From Candidatus Sericytochromatia bacterium (GTDB lineage: Bacteria > Cyanobacteriota > Sericytochromatia > S15B-MN24 > UBA4093), in contig JAKFCT010000027.1 of assembly GCA_036676495.1 (NCBI GenBank), positions 1-64,000 of the forward strand: a stretch of DNA of 64,000 bases, in the 5' to 3' direction. The notes under the pieces are model-generated. The model did not search any database, was not told the DNA's origin, and saw only the letters and a program-made list of their open reading frames with translations. A program made the position numbers and the translations under genes. Shown here piece after piece: positions 27,735-37,544 of this stretch (positions are counted from its first letter, which is position 1; each line of letters starts with the position of its first letter).

Positions 27735-28736
27735 ATGCAAAAGAAGATCCTAGTTACAGGTGCGGATGGCTTTATCGGGTCACACCTTACCGAAGAACTC
27801 ATCCGTCGCGGAAACGACGTCCGCGCCTTTGTTCTCTACAACTCGTTCGGATCTTGGGGATGGCTGGATCAAGCGCCCGCGGAAATCCAGAAAGAGCTTG
27901 ACGTCTTCGCGGGAGATATTCGGGACCCTCATGGCGTTCAAAAGGCGATGGAAGGTTGCGACGTGGTCCTTCACCTAGCCGCGCTCATCGCGATTCCGTA
28001 CTCTTACCATTCGCCCGATACCTACGTCGACACCAACGTCAAGGGAACCCTGAACGTCTTGCAGGCAGCACGCGACCTTGGCGTCTCGAAGGTGGTCCAC
28101 ACCTCCACGAGCGAGGTCTACGGCACCGCTCGGTTCGTTCCAATCACCGAGGAGCACCCGCTCCAGGGACAATCCCCCTACTCGGCGACCAAGATTGGAG
28201 CAGATCAACTCGCGCTCTCGTTCCATAGCTCCTTCAACACCCCCGTGGCTGTGATCCGCCCATTCAACACCTACGGGCCGCGCCAATCCGCCCGCGCCGT
28301 CATCCCGACCGTGATCACACAGATGGCCAACGGAACGGACCGACTCAAACTCGGCTCCCTGCACCCCACGCGGGACTTCAACTACGTCAAGGACACCGTG
28401 GCCGGCTTCATCGCCGTCGCCGAGTCGCCGCGCTCGGTCGGCGAGGTCATCAACATCGGTTCCAACTACGAGATCTCAGTCGGAGAGACGGTCCAGCTCA
28501 TCGCCGGCCTCATGGGGAAGTCCATCGAAATCCAGACGGACGACGCGCGCCTCCGCCCGGAGAAGAGCGAAGTCGAACGCCTCTGGGCGGACAACGCGAA
28601 GGCCAAGCAACTGCTCGGCTGGGAGCCGCAGTACGGAGGCAAAGAGGGCTTCAAGCGGGGGCTCTCCGAAACGATCGCTTGGTTCACGGACCCCGCCAAC
28701 CTCAAGAGCTACAAGAGCCACCTCTACAACCTATGA
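27735..28736 (+). CDS. legB: NDP-GlcNAc 4,6-dehydratase (LegB-like)
   Basis: VTGADGFIGSHL, YNSFGSWGWLD, LIAIPYSYHSP and YSATK motifs. Confidence 0.88.
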   Translation: MQKKILVTGADGFIGSHLTEELIRRGNDVRAFVLYNSFGSWGWLDQAPAEIQKELDVFAGDIRDPHGVQKAMEGCDVVLHLAALIAIPYSYHSPDTYVDTNVKGTLNVLQAARDLGVSKVVHTSTSEVYGTARFVPITEEHPLQGQSPYSATKIGADQLALSFHSSFNTPVAVIRPFNTYGPRQSARAVIPTVITQMANGTDRLKLGSLHPTRDFNYVKDTVAGFIAVAESPRSVGEVINIGSNYEISVGETVQLIAGLMGKSIEIQTDDARLRPEKSEVERLWADNAKAKQLLGWEPQYGGKEGFKRGLSETIAWFTDPANLKSYKSHLYNL

Positions 28737-29920
28737 CAAACCTCTCGCTCGCCCAGACGGTCCTGAATACGCTACACGAGGTCCTGTCGAAGGATGAAGG
28801 GTTCATCGGACTGCATGAGCCCCAGTTCTCAGGCAATGAATGGACCTACGTCAAGGAATGCCTGGATACCGGCTGGGTCTCCTCGGTCGGCAAGTACGTC
28901 GATCGATTTGAGGCAGATCTGGCCGCCTACACGGGCGTCAAGCATGCAGTTGCCGTTGTAAACGGCACAGCTGCATTGCATGTTTGCCTCTTGCTGTCTG
29001 GAGTTGCTCCCAACGATGAGGTTTTGATCCCCTCTTTGACCTTCGTCGCGACGGCAAATGCCGTAGCCTATTGCGGGGCCATCCCGCATTTCGTCGATGT
29101 CTCGACGGCGAGTCTCGGAATCGACCCGCAACGCCTGGATGCCTACCTTGAGGCGATCGGGGAACCGCGGCCGGACGGCTTCTTCAATCGACAGACCGGG
29201 CGCCGAATCAAGGCAGTTATCCCCATGCACACCTTTGGGCACCCCGTGGATCTCGATCCTCTGGCCCAGGTCTGCGCCCGGTTCGGCCTCACCCTGATCG
29301 AGGATGCGGCGGAAGCGCTGGGCTCGCTCTACAAAGGACACCATGCTGGTCACTGGGGAAGCGTCTCGGCCCTGAGCTTCAACGGGAACAAGATTCTCAC
29401 GACGGGTGGGGGCGGTGCAATCCTGACCAACGATGCAGAAATCGCACGCCAGGCGAAACACCTCACTACCACGGCCAAGTTGCCTCACCGATGGGCCTTC
29501 CAGCATGACCGGATCGCCTATAACTACCGGCTTCCAAACCTCAACGCGGCCTTGGGCTGCGCCCAGCTCGAGCAACTCGACCGTTTCATCCAGGATAAGC
29601 GGCAGCTATCCGAGAAGTACCGGGCCGCTTTCGCGGCGGTGGACGGGGTGACCTTCTTCACGGAACCTGACTATGCCCGCAGCAACTACTGGCTGAACGC
29701 TCTCCTCTTCGATGAGCCGGTCTCCCACCAGCGGGACGAATTCCTGGAGCTTTCAAACCAGCACGGCGTCATGACGCGGCCCGTCTGGTCCCTGATGCAT
29801 ACATTGCCCATGTACACATCGTGTCCGCGCATGGACCTGTCGGTATCGGAATCCGTCGAGAAACGGCTTGTCAACATTCCGAGCAGCGCCAAGCTGGGGC
29901 AGCAGCACGACCATGCGTAA
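28733..29920 (+). CDS. legC: LegC family PLP aminotransferase
   Basis: LHEP.F.GNE..YVKECLDTGWVSSVG, EDAAEALGS and SFNGNKI.TTGGGG motifs. Confidence 0.9.
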   Translation: MTNLSLAQTVLNTLHEVLSKDEGFIGLHEPQFSGNEWTYVKECLDTGWVSSVGKYVDRFEADLAAYTGVKHAVAVVNGTAALHVCLLLSGVAPNDEVLIPSLTFVATANAVAYCGAIPHFVDVSTASLGIDPQRLDAYLEAIGEPRPDGFFNRQTGRRIKAVIPMHTFGHPVDLDPLAQVCARFGLTLIEDAAEALGSLYKGHHAGHWGSVSALSFNGNKILTTGGGGAILTNDAEIARQAKHLTTTAKLPHRWAFQHDRIAYNYRLPNLNAALGCAQLEQLDRFIQDKRQLSEKYRAAFAAVDGVTFFTEPDYARSNYWLNALLFDEPVSHQRDEFLELSNQHGVMTRPVWSLMHTLPMYTSCPRMDLSVSESVEKRLVNIPSSAKLGQQHDHA

Positions 29921-31067
29921 GATCGCGGTAATCACAGGAACCCGGGCAGAGTATGGCCTGCTCTACTGGCTCATTAAAGCCATCGACGCCGATCCCGACC
30001 TCGAACTCCAGGTCGTAGCGACGGGCATGCACCTCGCCCCCGAATTCGGCTCAACCTACCGTTCAATTGAGCAAGATGGTTTCACCCTTTCCGCCAAGGT
30101 CGAGATGCTGCTCTCCAGCGATTCCCCGGTCGGCATCGCGAAGTCGATCGGGCTGGCGACGATCGGCTTTGCCGACACCTTCGAGCGCTTGCAGCCCGAC
30201 ATGATTGTCGTCCTAGGAGATCGCTTCGAGATCCTCGCCGCCGCGCAGGCGGCCCTGGTCGCACGTATCCCCATCGCACATATCGCAGGGGGGGATGTAA
30301 CCGAGGGTGCGTTCGACGAGGCGATTCGGCACAGCATCACCAAGATGTCCCACCTTCACTTCGTCACCAATGCGGATGCCCATGCCCGCGTCCGACAACT
30401 CGGCGAAGATCCCTCCCTCATCTTCAACGTGGGTAGCCCCGGCCTCGACCAGGTCCGGAGGCTCGCGCTGTTAAGCCGCAAGGAACTGGAGGAATCGCTC
30501 GGCTTCTCACTCCGAGCCAAGAACCTCCTCGTGACCTTTCATCCCGCCACCCTCGATCTGATCGACCCCAGCGAGCAGTTCCAGGCCGTGCTCGACGCCC
30601 TCGATGCCCTGGGACCGGAGGTCGGCCTAATCCTGACCAAGCCGAATGCGGACAACGGCGGACGGGCCTTGATTCAGATGATCGACGCGTTTGTCGAGAG
30701 CCGCCCCCACGCCAAGGCATACACCTCCCTGGGCCAGCTGCGTTACTTGAGCGCGATCGCCCACATGGACGCCGTCGTCGGGAACTCCTCGAGCGGGCTC
30801 TACGAGGTTCCTTCTTTCAAGAAGCCCACGATCAATATCGGGGATCGCCAAAAAGGCCGCCTCCAGGCCAACTCGGTCATCAACTGCCCCCCCTCCTCCG
30901 CCGAGATTCATGAGGCTATCTTGAAGGCCTTCAAACTGGATTGCTCGAACGTGATCAACCCTTATGGCGACGGTCGAAGCTCCGAGCGCATTCTGGCGCA
31001 CATCAAGCAGGTGGAAGACCCCAAGCAGCTGCTCAAAAAGCATTTCCACCCATGGGAGGTTTCATGA
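29913..31067 (+). CDS. neuC: Hydrolysing NDP-N-acetylglucosamine 2-epimerase (NeuC/LegG)
   Basis: TGTRAEYGLL, GMHL.PEFG, LGDRFE and GNSSSG motifs. Confidence 0.92.
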   Translation: MRKIAVITGTRAEYGLLYWLIKAIDADPDLELQVVATGMHLAPEFGSTYRSIEQDGFTLSAKVEMLLSSDSPVGIAKSIGLATIGFADTFERLQPDMIVVLGDRFEILAAAQAALVARIPIAHIAGGDVTEGAFDEAIRHSITKMSHLHFVTNADAHARVRQLGEDPSLIFNVGSPGLDQVRRLALLSRKELEESLGFSLRAKNLLVTFHPATLDLIDPSEQFQAVLDALDALGPEVGLILTKPNADNGGRALIQMIDAFVESRPHAKAYTSLGQLRYLSAIAHMDAVVGNSSSGLYEVPSFKKPTINIGDRQKGRLQANSVINCPPSSAEIHEAILKAFKLDCSNVINPYGDGRSSERILAHIKQVEDPKQLLKKHFHPWEVS

Positions 31068-32143
31068 CAGCATCCGTCTACGTCATAGCCGAGGCGGGAG
31101 TCAATCACAACGGCTCCCTGGACATGGCCAAGGAACTTGTCGACGTGGCAGCCTCAGCCGGAGCCGATGCCGTAAAGTTCCAGACTTTCAGGGCCGAGAA
31201 GCTGGTGACCAAGTCAGCCTCCAAGGCTGAGTACCAAACGCGAACCACCCAGCGGGATGAATCCCAGTTCGAAATGCTCAAACGCTTGGAACTCAGCGAC
31301 TCTGCTCACTTCGAATTGATCCAGCACTGTCTTTCACGTGGGATCCAGTTCCTGTCCACACCTTTCGATGAGGAAAGCGTCGACCTGCTCGCACTGCACT
31401 TCGACCTGCCCCGATTGAAGCTCAGCTCCGGGGACCTCACGAATGCGCCCCTGCTCCTCAAGTGTGCAACTACGGGAAAACCGCTCATTCTGTCCACGGG
31501 CATGAGCTCCCTGGCCGAGGTTGAGACCGCACTGGGAGTACTCGCCTTCGGCTATCTTGACCTCGACCTCGCGCCGGGGCAAGCAGCCTTCAGAACTGCG
31601 TTCGCCTCTCCGGAGGGGCAGAGGGTCCTGCAGAGAAACGTCACACTCCTGCATTGTACGACGGAGTATCCGGCCCCGATCTCGGAGGTGAACCTCCGGG
31701 TCATGGATACGCTTCGGGCTGCCTTCGGACTACCCGTCGGATATTCGGATCACACGGAAGGCATCACCATCCCCGTGGCCGCGACCGCACGAGGTGCCTC
31801 AATCATCGAGAAGCACTTCACCCTGGATCGATCTTTGCCAGGCCCCGATCACAAGGCCTCGCTCGAGCCGGATGAGCTCCGGCAAATGCTCCAGGCCATC
31901 CGACAGGTGGAAGCAGCGCTGGGGCATGGGCTCAAGGTTCCAACCCCGGCCGAGGCAAGGAATGCCGAGGTCGCGCGCAAGAGCCTCGTGGCCGCTCACG
32001 AGATCCGGCAGGGAGAGATCTTTACTCCCGAGAACCTGGTGGTGAAGCGGCCGGGAACAGGAGTTTCGCCGATGGCGTACTGGGAAATGCTGGGCCGCAT
32101 CGCCAATCGCGACTACGCGCCGGACAGCGTGGTGACGCCGTGA
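31064..32143 (+). CDS. neuB: Nonulosonic acid synthase (NeuB/LegI)
   Basis: IAEAGVNHNG, AVKFQTF, LHCTTEYP, GYSDHT and EKHFTLD motifs; C-terminal SAF domain. Confidence 0.93.
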   Translation: MTASVYVIAEAGVNHNGSLDMAKELVDVAASAGADAVKFQTFRAEKLVTKSASKAEYQTRTTQRDESQFEMLKRLELSDSAHFELIQHCLSRGIQFLSTPFDEESVDLLALHFDLPRLKLSSGDLTNAPLLLKCATTGKPLILSTGMSSLAEVETALGVLAFGYLDLDLAPGQAAFRTAFASPEGQRVLQRNVTLLHCTTEYPAPISEVNLRVMDTLRAAFGLPVGYSDHTEGITIPVAATARGASIIEKHFTLDRSLPGPDHKASLEPDELRQMLQAIRQVEAALGHGLKVPTPAEARNAEVARKSLVAAHEIRQGEIFTPENLVVKRPGTGVSPMAYWEMLGRIANRDYAPDSVVTP

Positions 32144-32778
32144 TATCCCCCCTGCTGATCATGGGAAGCGGGGGGCATGCGAAGGTCCTCCTTGAGGCGC
32201 TTCAGGGCTCCGATCAACCAATCCTAGGCATACTGGATCCTTCACCAGCACGGCGAGGGGCGGAGATCTGGGGGGTGCCGGTGGTGGGCGACGACTCCCG
32301 CCTCGCGAAATATGCCCCAAGTGCCGTGCGCCTAGTGAATGGGCTTGGCTCGGTGGGTTCCACCAGGAATCGCCGCTTGCTGTTCGAGCGGCTTCAGCTT
32401 CAAGGCTACGCCTTCGCGGAAGTGATACACGCCACGGCCCTCCTTTCCCCGCATGCCGAGGTGGGAGAAGGCGTGCAGATCATGGCGGGGGCGATCATCC
32501 AGAGCGACAGCCGGCTCGGCCGGAATGTGCTCGTTAACACCCGGGCAGTGATCGAGCATGATTGCATCGTGAGCGACCACGTGCACGTGGCCACCGGAGC
32601 CATCCTCGCAGGAGGGGTGCACGTCGATGTGGGAGCCCACATCGGGGCTGGCGCCGTCCTTAAGCAAGGGGTACACGTCGGAAAGGACAGCTGCATCGGA
32701 GCCGGAGCGGTAGTTATTCGCGACGTGCCAGCAGGAGCTACGGTAGTGGGGGTGCCCGCCAAGGAGGTGAATCGATGA
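32140..32778 (+). CDS. NeuD/PglD/LegH-type hexapeptide acetyltransferase
   Basis: G.GGHAKV, EHDC, hexapeptide repeats and GVPAK. Confidence 0.88.
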   Translation: MISPLLIMGSGGHAKVLLEALQGSDQPILGILDPSPARRGAEIWGVPVVGDDSRLAKYAPSAVRLVNGLGSVGSTRNRRLLFERLQLQGYAFAEVIHATALLSPHAEVGEGVQIMAGAIIQSDSRLGRNVLVNTRAVIEHDCIVSDHVHVATGAILAGGVHVDVGAHIGAGAVLKQGVHVGKDSCIGAGAVVIRDVPAGATVVGVPAKEVNR

Positions 32779-33836
32779 GTCCCACAACGGGCGCGTGGAA
32801 AAAGACCTTGATCCCGCCATCGGCGTCGATCCGGGATGCGATTTCTGCCATCGAAGCAGGCGTCATGCAGCTCGCAATGGTGGTCGACGAACAAATGCGT
32901 TTGCTTGGAACCGTTACCGACGGGGACGTGCGACGCGGATTACTGCAGGGTCATACCCTGGAGTCCCCGACCAACCTGGTGATGAACTCCCTCCCCACAG
33001 TGGCGCGCTCACATGAGGATTCCCAAACCATCCTAGCCCTCATGAAGCTCAAGCAGCTCCGGCAGATCCCCATTGTCGACGAGTTCGGCAGGGTGATGGG
33101 AGTCGAACTGCTCGACGAGCTGATCCAGGATAAGGAGCGAGATAATCGGGTCCTGCTGATGGCAGGAGGACTTGGAAGCCGCCTGGCGCCATTGACCGAC
33201 AACTGCCCCAAGCCAATGCTCAAGGTCGGCGGGAAGCCTCTACTTGAAACCATCCTCGCCAATTTCATCGACCAAGGCTTCCGGCACTTCTATTTCTCCG
33301 TAAACTACCTGGCGGACATGGTGAAAGCTCACTTCGGCGACGGCTCGCGCTGGGGTGTCCAGATTACCTACCTGCACGAAAAGGAGAAGCTGGGAACGGC
33401 GGGGGCCATGACCATGATCCGCGATGAACTAACCCACCCGCTCATTGTGATGAACGGGGATCTGCTTACGAAGGTTAACTTCCGCCAAATGCTCGATCTT
33501 CACGTCGAGCAGCAGGCACATGCGACCATGGGGGTCCGTGAGTTCAACTTCCAGGTCCCCTACGGGGTGGTTCGCCTCGAAAACAACCGCCTAGTAGGTA
33601 TCGACGAGAAGCCCCTCCAGAAGTTCTTCATCAGCGCAGGAATCTATGTAATCAACCCTGATCTACTCGAATTACTGCCCAAGCATACGTACTACAACAT
33701 GCCGACCTTCTTCGAAGAGTTGATCAACCAGCGGTACCGTACTTCGGTCTTCCCGATCCGGGAGTACTGGCTGGATATAGGCCAAATGAATGACTTCAAG
33801 CGCGCAAATGGAGAATTTTCCGAGGTGTTTCAATGA
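32775..33836 (+). CDS. CBS-domain sugar-phosphate nucleotidyltransferase (PtmE-like)
   Basis: TDGDVRRGLL CBS pair; MAGGLGSRL.PLT..CPKPML and WLDIG motifs. Confidence 0.9.
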   Translation: MSPTTGAWKKTLIPPSASIRDAISAIEAGVMQLAMVVDEQMRLLGTVTDGDVRRGLLQGHTLESPTNLVMNSLPTVARSHEDSQTILALMKLKQLRQIPIVDEFGRVMGVELLDELIQDKERDNRVLLMAGGLGSRLAPLTDNCPKPMLKVGGKPLLETILANFIDQGFRHFYFSVNYLADMVKAHFGDGSRWGVQITYLHEKEKLGTAGAMTMIRDELTHPLIVMNGDLLTKVNFRQMLDLHVEQQAHATMGVREFNFQVPYGVVRLENNRLVGIDEKPLQKFFISAGIYVINPDLLELLPKHTYYNMPTFFEELINQRYRTSVFPIREYWLDIGQMNDFKRANGEFSEVFQ

Positions 33837-34567
33837 CCCCTTCGTCGGTCCTTTGGCTCGTAACCGCTCGGTCAGGCTCCAAAGGCATTCCCGATAAGAA
33901 CATCAAGCCCCTCAGGGGGATTCCACTACTGGGCTATCGAATTCAGACGGCCTTGGCATCGCGCCACCCTAGCGAAGTCTGGATCACCACCGATAGCCCT
34001 CGCTATGCCGAGCTAGCCGTGGCCTGGGGAGCCCGGGTGCCATTCCTACGGCCCGAACACCTATCCACTGACCAAGCCCGTTCAATCGATGTAGTCCTAC
34101 ATGCCATGGCATGGGCAGAAAGCAACGGATATTGCTTCAAAGCGGTCGGGCTCCTGGAGCCCACCTCACCCTTCACCAAGACAGCCTGGCTGGACGAAGC
34201 CGTCGACAACCTGCTCCAGGATCCGGACGCCAAGACGCTGGTCGCCGTTCGCGAAGCGCGCCCAAGCAGCTATTACGTGCAGCCGGCGGCCCGTTACCTG
34301 GACGACCTATATGACCGCATCCGGCTGCATGGCGTCCTTAGGCGGCAGGACGAGGCCATGGAGGTAACCCCTAGCGGAAACCTCTACCTCGCGAAGTGGG
34401 AGGCCCTCAAAGAGGAGAAGAATTTCTACTCGAGCCGAACCTTGATGCAACTCATCCCCGATCCGTACGGGCTGGAGATCGATCAGCCCCTTGATTGGGC
34501 CTGGGCCGAGTTCTTGTTGGAAAAAACTATCATCTCCCAAGCTGAGCTTGGCATACACCGTACCTAG
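33833..34567 (+). CDS. neuA: Acylneuraminate cytidylyltransferase (NeuA/LegF)
   Basis: ARSGSKGIPDKN, PFLRP, PTSP and EID..LD motifs. Confidence 0.88.
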   Translation: MTPSSVLWLVTARSGSKGIPDKNIKPLRGIPLLGYRIQTALASRHPSEVWITTDSPRYAELAVAWGARVPFLRPEHLSTDQARSIDVVLHAMAWAESNGYCFKAVGLLEPTSPFTKTAWLDEAVDNLLQDPDAKTLVAVREARPSSYYVQPAARYLDDLYDRIRLHGVLRRQDEAMEVTPSGNLYLAKWEALKEEKNFYSSRTLMQLIPDPYGLEIDQPLDWAWAEFLLEKTIISQAELGIHRT

Positions 34568-34583
34568 GAGGGAGCGGATTGGC

Positions 34584-35918
34584 ATGACCCTGTTCAACGA
34601 GACCATCACCAACTTCCAAAATTCTGCTCAGCTGAGAGAGAAGGCCCGGCGCCTGATTCCAGCAGGGGCCCACACGTACAGCAAAGGCGATGATCAATTC
34701 CCGCAGTTATCGCCGGGTTTCATCATCAGAGGCAAGGGAACCCGGGTCTGGGACCCCGACGGAAACGAGTTCATAGATTGGGGCATGGGCCTCCGCTCGG
34801 TGATTCTCGGCCATGCCTACGAACCTGTTCTCGCGGCAGTACGTGAGCAACTCGAGCTAGGCTCAAACTTCGTGCGTCCCGCCCCCCTGGAGGCGGATGT
34901 CGCTGAACTCCTGGTCGATCTCATTCCCTCGGCGGAAATGGTCAAGTTCGCCAAAAACGGCTCGGACGTCACCACGGCAGCGGTGAAGCTCGCCCGCGCA
35001 TTTACCGGCCGAGACATGGTGGTACGCTGCCAGGATCAGCCGTTCTTCAGCGTGAATGATTGGTTCATCGGGGACACCCCGGCAAATGCGGGGGTGCCTC
35101 AGGTCGTGCAGAACCTTACCAAGCGCTTCCGCTACAACGATGCCGACCACCTCGAACAGGTCCTCAACGAGCACCGCGGCCAGGTGGCTTGCGTCATCCT
35201 CGAGGCGGCCGCAACGACGGCACCGCTGCCGGGCTTCCTTGAGCGCGTGCGAGAACTTACCCGGACCCATGGAGTCGTCCTGATCTTCGACGAGATGATC
35301 TCGGGCTTCCGCTGGGACCCGCGCGGGGCCCAACACTACTACGGGGTCACCCCCGATCTTTCGACCTTCGGCAAGGCCCTGGCCAATGGATTCGCCCTCT
35401 CAGCGCTCGTGGGCCGCCGTGACATCATGGAGCTGGGCGGCCTCGAGCACAGGCGCGAGCGAGTCTTCCTGCTATCCACGACCAATGGTGGGGAGACCCA
35501 TGCACTGGCGGCGGCACGAGCGACCATCGAGGCCCTGCGGGACGGAGAGGCCACACGTCACATCTGGACAACCGGAAGGAAGCTGATGGAGGGCTTCAAC
35601 GCGCTCGCTCATGAGTTCGGCCTGGCCGACCATGTGCGGATGGACGGGCTCGCTTGCAGCCCATACCAGGTCTTCCTCAACGCGGATGGGCAAGTGGACC
35701 TCGCGCTGCGCACATTGTACCTTCAGGAAACGATCCGTCATGGAGTCCTCATTCCCTACATCGCGGTTTCGGCCGCCCATGGCGATGCGGACATCGACCG
35801 AACCCTCGAGGCATCCCGCAAGGCCATGCCCCTCCTCCGCGAAGCCCTCGAACGCGGCAACACGGACGGCCTTCTCGTGGGCCCTGCCGTCAAGCCGGTT
35901 TTCCGCAAGTACAACTAG
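34584..35918 (+). CDS. Class III aminotransferase (GSA-aminomutase-like)
   Basis: HTYSKGDDQFP, KNGSDVT, FDEMISGFR and FGKALANG motifs. Confidence 0.85.
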   Translation: MTLFNETITNFQNSAQLREKARRLIPAGAHTYSKGDDQFPQLSPGFIIRGKGTRVWDPDGNEFIDWGMGLRSVILGHAYEPVLAAVREQLELGSNFVRPAPLEADVAELLVDLIPSAEMVKFAKNGSDVTTAAVKLARAFTGRDMVVRCQDQPFFSVNDWFIGDTPANAGVPQVVQNLTKRFRYNDADHLEQVLNEHRGQVACVILEAAATTAPLPGFLERVRELTRTHGVVLIFDEMISGFRWDPRGAQHYYGVTPDLSTFGKALANGFALSALVGRRDIMELGGLEHRRERVFLLSTTNGGETHALAAARATIEALRDGEATRHIWTTGRKLMEGFNALAHEFGLADHVRMDGLACSPYQVFLNADGQVDLALRTLYLQETIRHGVLIPYIAVSAAHGDADIDRTLEASRKAMPLLREALERGNTDGLLVGPAVKPVFRKYN

Positions 35919-35926
35919 GAAAGACC

Positions 35927-36712
35927 ATGAGCATCCGGACCGTTTGCGCCCTTCAGATGACGATCGTCGAAGGGCAAGGAACCCGAAATCGCGACACCCT
36001 CGCCTCCATGTTGGACGCCGCCCCTGGCGCCGACTTGTACCTGGCACCCGAGTTATGGAGCAGCGGCTACCTCCATGACCGCTGGCCGGAAATGGCGGAT
36101 CAGGACACGCCTGAGGCAATGACCTGGATGGCGCGGCAGGCAGCCCATCGGAACGCTTGGCTCGGTGGGTCCCTGGTGACCCGGACCGAATCCGGAGCGC
36201 TAGCGAACCGCTTCGTGCTATTCAACCGTCAGGGAGAACTGGTAGGCTCCTACGACAAGGCGCACCTTTTCCCTCCGATGCGAGAGCCTCAGTTCCTGCA
36301 GCCCGGGAATCAGCTGCCCCTCTTCGACGTGGAGGGGCTCCGCGTGGCCCCGGCCATTTGCTACGATCTGCGCTTCCCTGAGATGTTTCGGAGACAGGCT
36401 CTACGGGGAGTCGACCTGTTCCTGGTGCCCAGCGAATGGCCACACCCACGGAGCCGTGTCCTCCGCGTGCTCTCCGAAGCTCGCGCCATGGAGAACCAGG
36501 CCTTTCTCCTGCTCGCAAATCGGACGGGGCCAGATGGCAACGGGAGCGACTTCTGCGGCGGATCGGGCCTCTTCGGCCCGTTCGGTCCCATCGGGGAGTG
36601 CCCCCAGACCGAAGGCCCCCTTGTCTTCGAACTCGACATGACCGTGCTTGAGAAAGCGCGCTCAGCCCTGGCCATATGGGGTGAGCGACGAAAGGGAATC
36701 GACTTTGACTAA
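35927..36712 (+). CDS. Carbon-nitrogen hydrolase (nitrilase superfamily)
   Basis: E-K-C triad: PELW, YDKAHLF and ICYDLRFPE. Confidence 0.9.
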   Translation: MSIRTVCALQMTIVEGQGTRNRDTLASMLDAAPGADLYLAPELWSSGYLHDRWPEMADQDTPEAMTWMARQAAHRNAWLGGSLVTRTESGALANRFVLFNRQGELVGSYDKAHLFPPMREPQFLQPGNQLPLFDVEGLRVAPAICYDLRFPEMFRRQALRGVDLFLVPSEWPHPRSRVLRVLSEARAMENQAFLLLANRTGPDGNGSDFCGGSGLFGPFGPIGECPQTEGPLVFELDMTVLEKARSALAIWGERRKGIDFD

Positions 36713-37529
36713 TCCGAACGCATCCCTCGACCGTTTCGGCCTAGACGGCAAGATCGTGGTCGTCACGGGCGGAACCGGCATTCTGGGCAGCCTTTACTGT
36801 ACGCGCCTCGCCGAGGCGGGCGCCGAGGTGGTGGTCGCCGACATCGACTCGGAGCAATGCAGTAGCCTCGCCGCTCAGCTTCAAGCGCGTACGGGGCGGC
36901 GAGCATGGGGGATCTCCGTGGATCTCTCGAAGGAACCCTCCGTCGCCGCCTGGGCTCAGGAAATCCTCCAAACTTGTGGCCGGGTGGATGTCCTCATCAA
37001 CAATGCAGCTACGAAATCCCCCAACTTCTTCGCCCCTCTCGAGCGCTTCCCGCTGGAGGACTGGAACCGCGTCATGGCGGTCAACGTCACCGGCATCTTC
37101 TTGACCTCCAAGCTACTTGGAGCCGCGATGGCCGAGCGGGGCTCCGGAAGCATCATCAACGTCAGCTCGATCTATGGCGTGGTGGGGCCGGATCAACGTA
37201 TCTACGAAGGGTCCTGGTACGAGGATCTCGGAGGAGCCATCAATACTCCACTGATCTACTCCGCCACGAAGGGAGCGGTCATCGCGATGACTCGCTACCT
37301 CGCCACATACTGGGGTCCGAAGGGCGTACGCGCGAACACCCTCACCCCGGGTGGAGTCAGTTCGGGTCAGAACAGCACCTTCATGCAGAAGTACAGCTAC
37401 CGTGTGCCTATGGGCCGCATGGCCGAAGCAGAGGAAATGATCGGCGCCCTGCTCTTCCTAGCCTCGGACGCCTCCTCGTACGTCAACGGCCAGAACATGG
37501 TCGTCGATGGAGGCTGGACGGCCTGGTAG
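36705..37529 (+). CDS. SDR oxidoreductase (PtmA-like)
   Basis: TGGTGILG, NNA, SSIYG..PD.RIY, YSATK and VDGGWT motifs; likely TTG start. Confidence 0.85.
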   Translation: MTNPNASLDRFGLDGKIVVVTGGTGILGSLYCTRLAEAGAEVVVADIDSEQCSSLAAQLQARTGRRAWGISVDLSKEPSVAAWAQEILQTCGRVDVLINNAATKSPNFFAPLERFPLEDWNRVMAVNVTGIFLTSKLLGAAMAERGSGSIINVSSIYGVVGPDQRIYEGSWYEDLGGAINTPLIYSATKGAVIAMTRYLATYWGPKGVRANTLTPGGVSSGQNSTFMQKYSYRVPMGRMAEAEEMIGALLFLASDASSYVNGQNMVVDGGWTAW

Positions 37530-37544
37530 GCAGCAGATTTCGGC

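Noticed and set aside
34584-35918. Calling this gene hemL
   Set aside because: It is embedded in a sugar cluster and has the divergent TYSKGDDQ motif, so it is more likely a sugar-pathway aminotransferase
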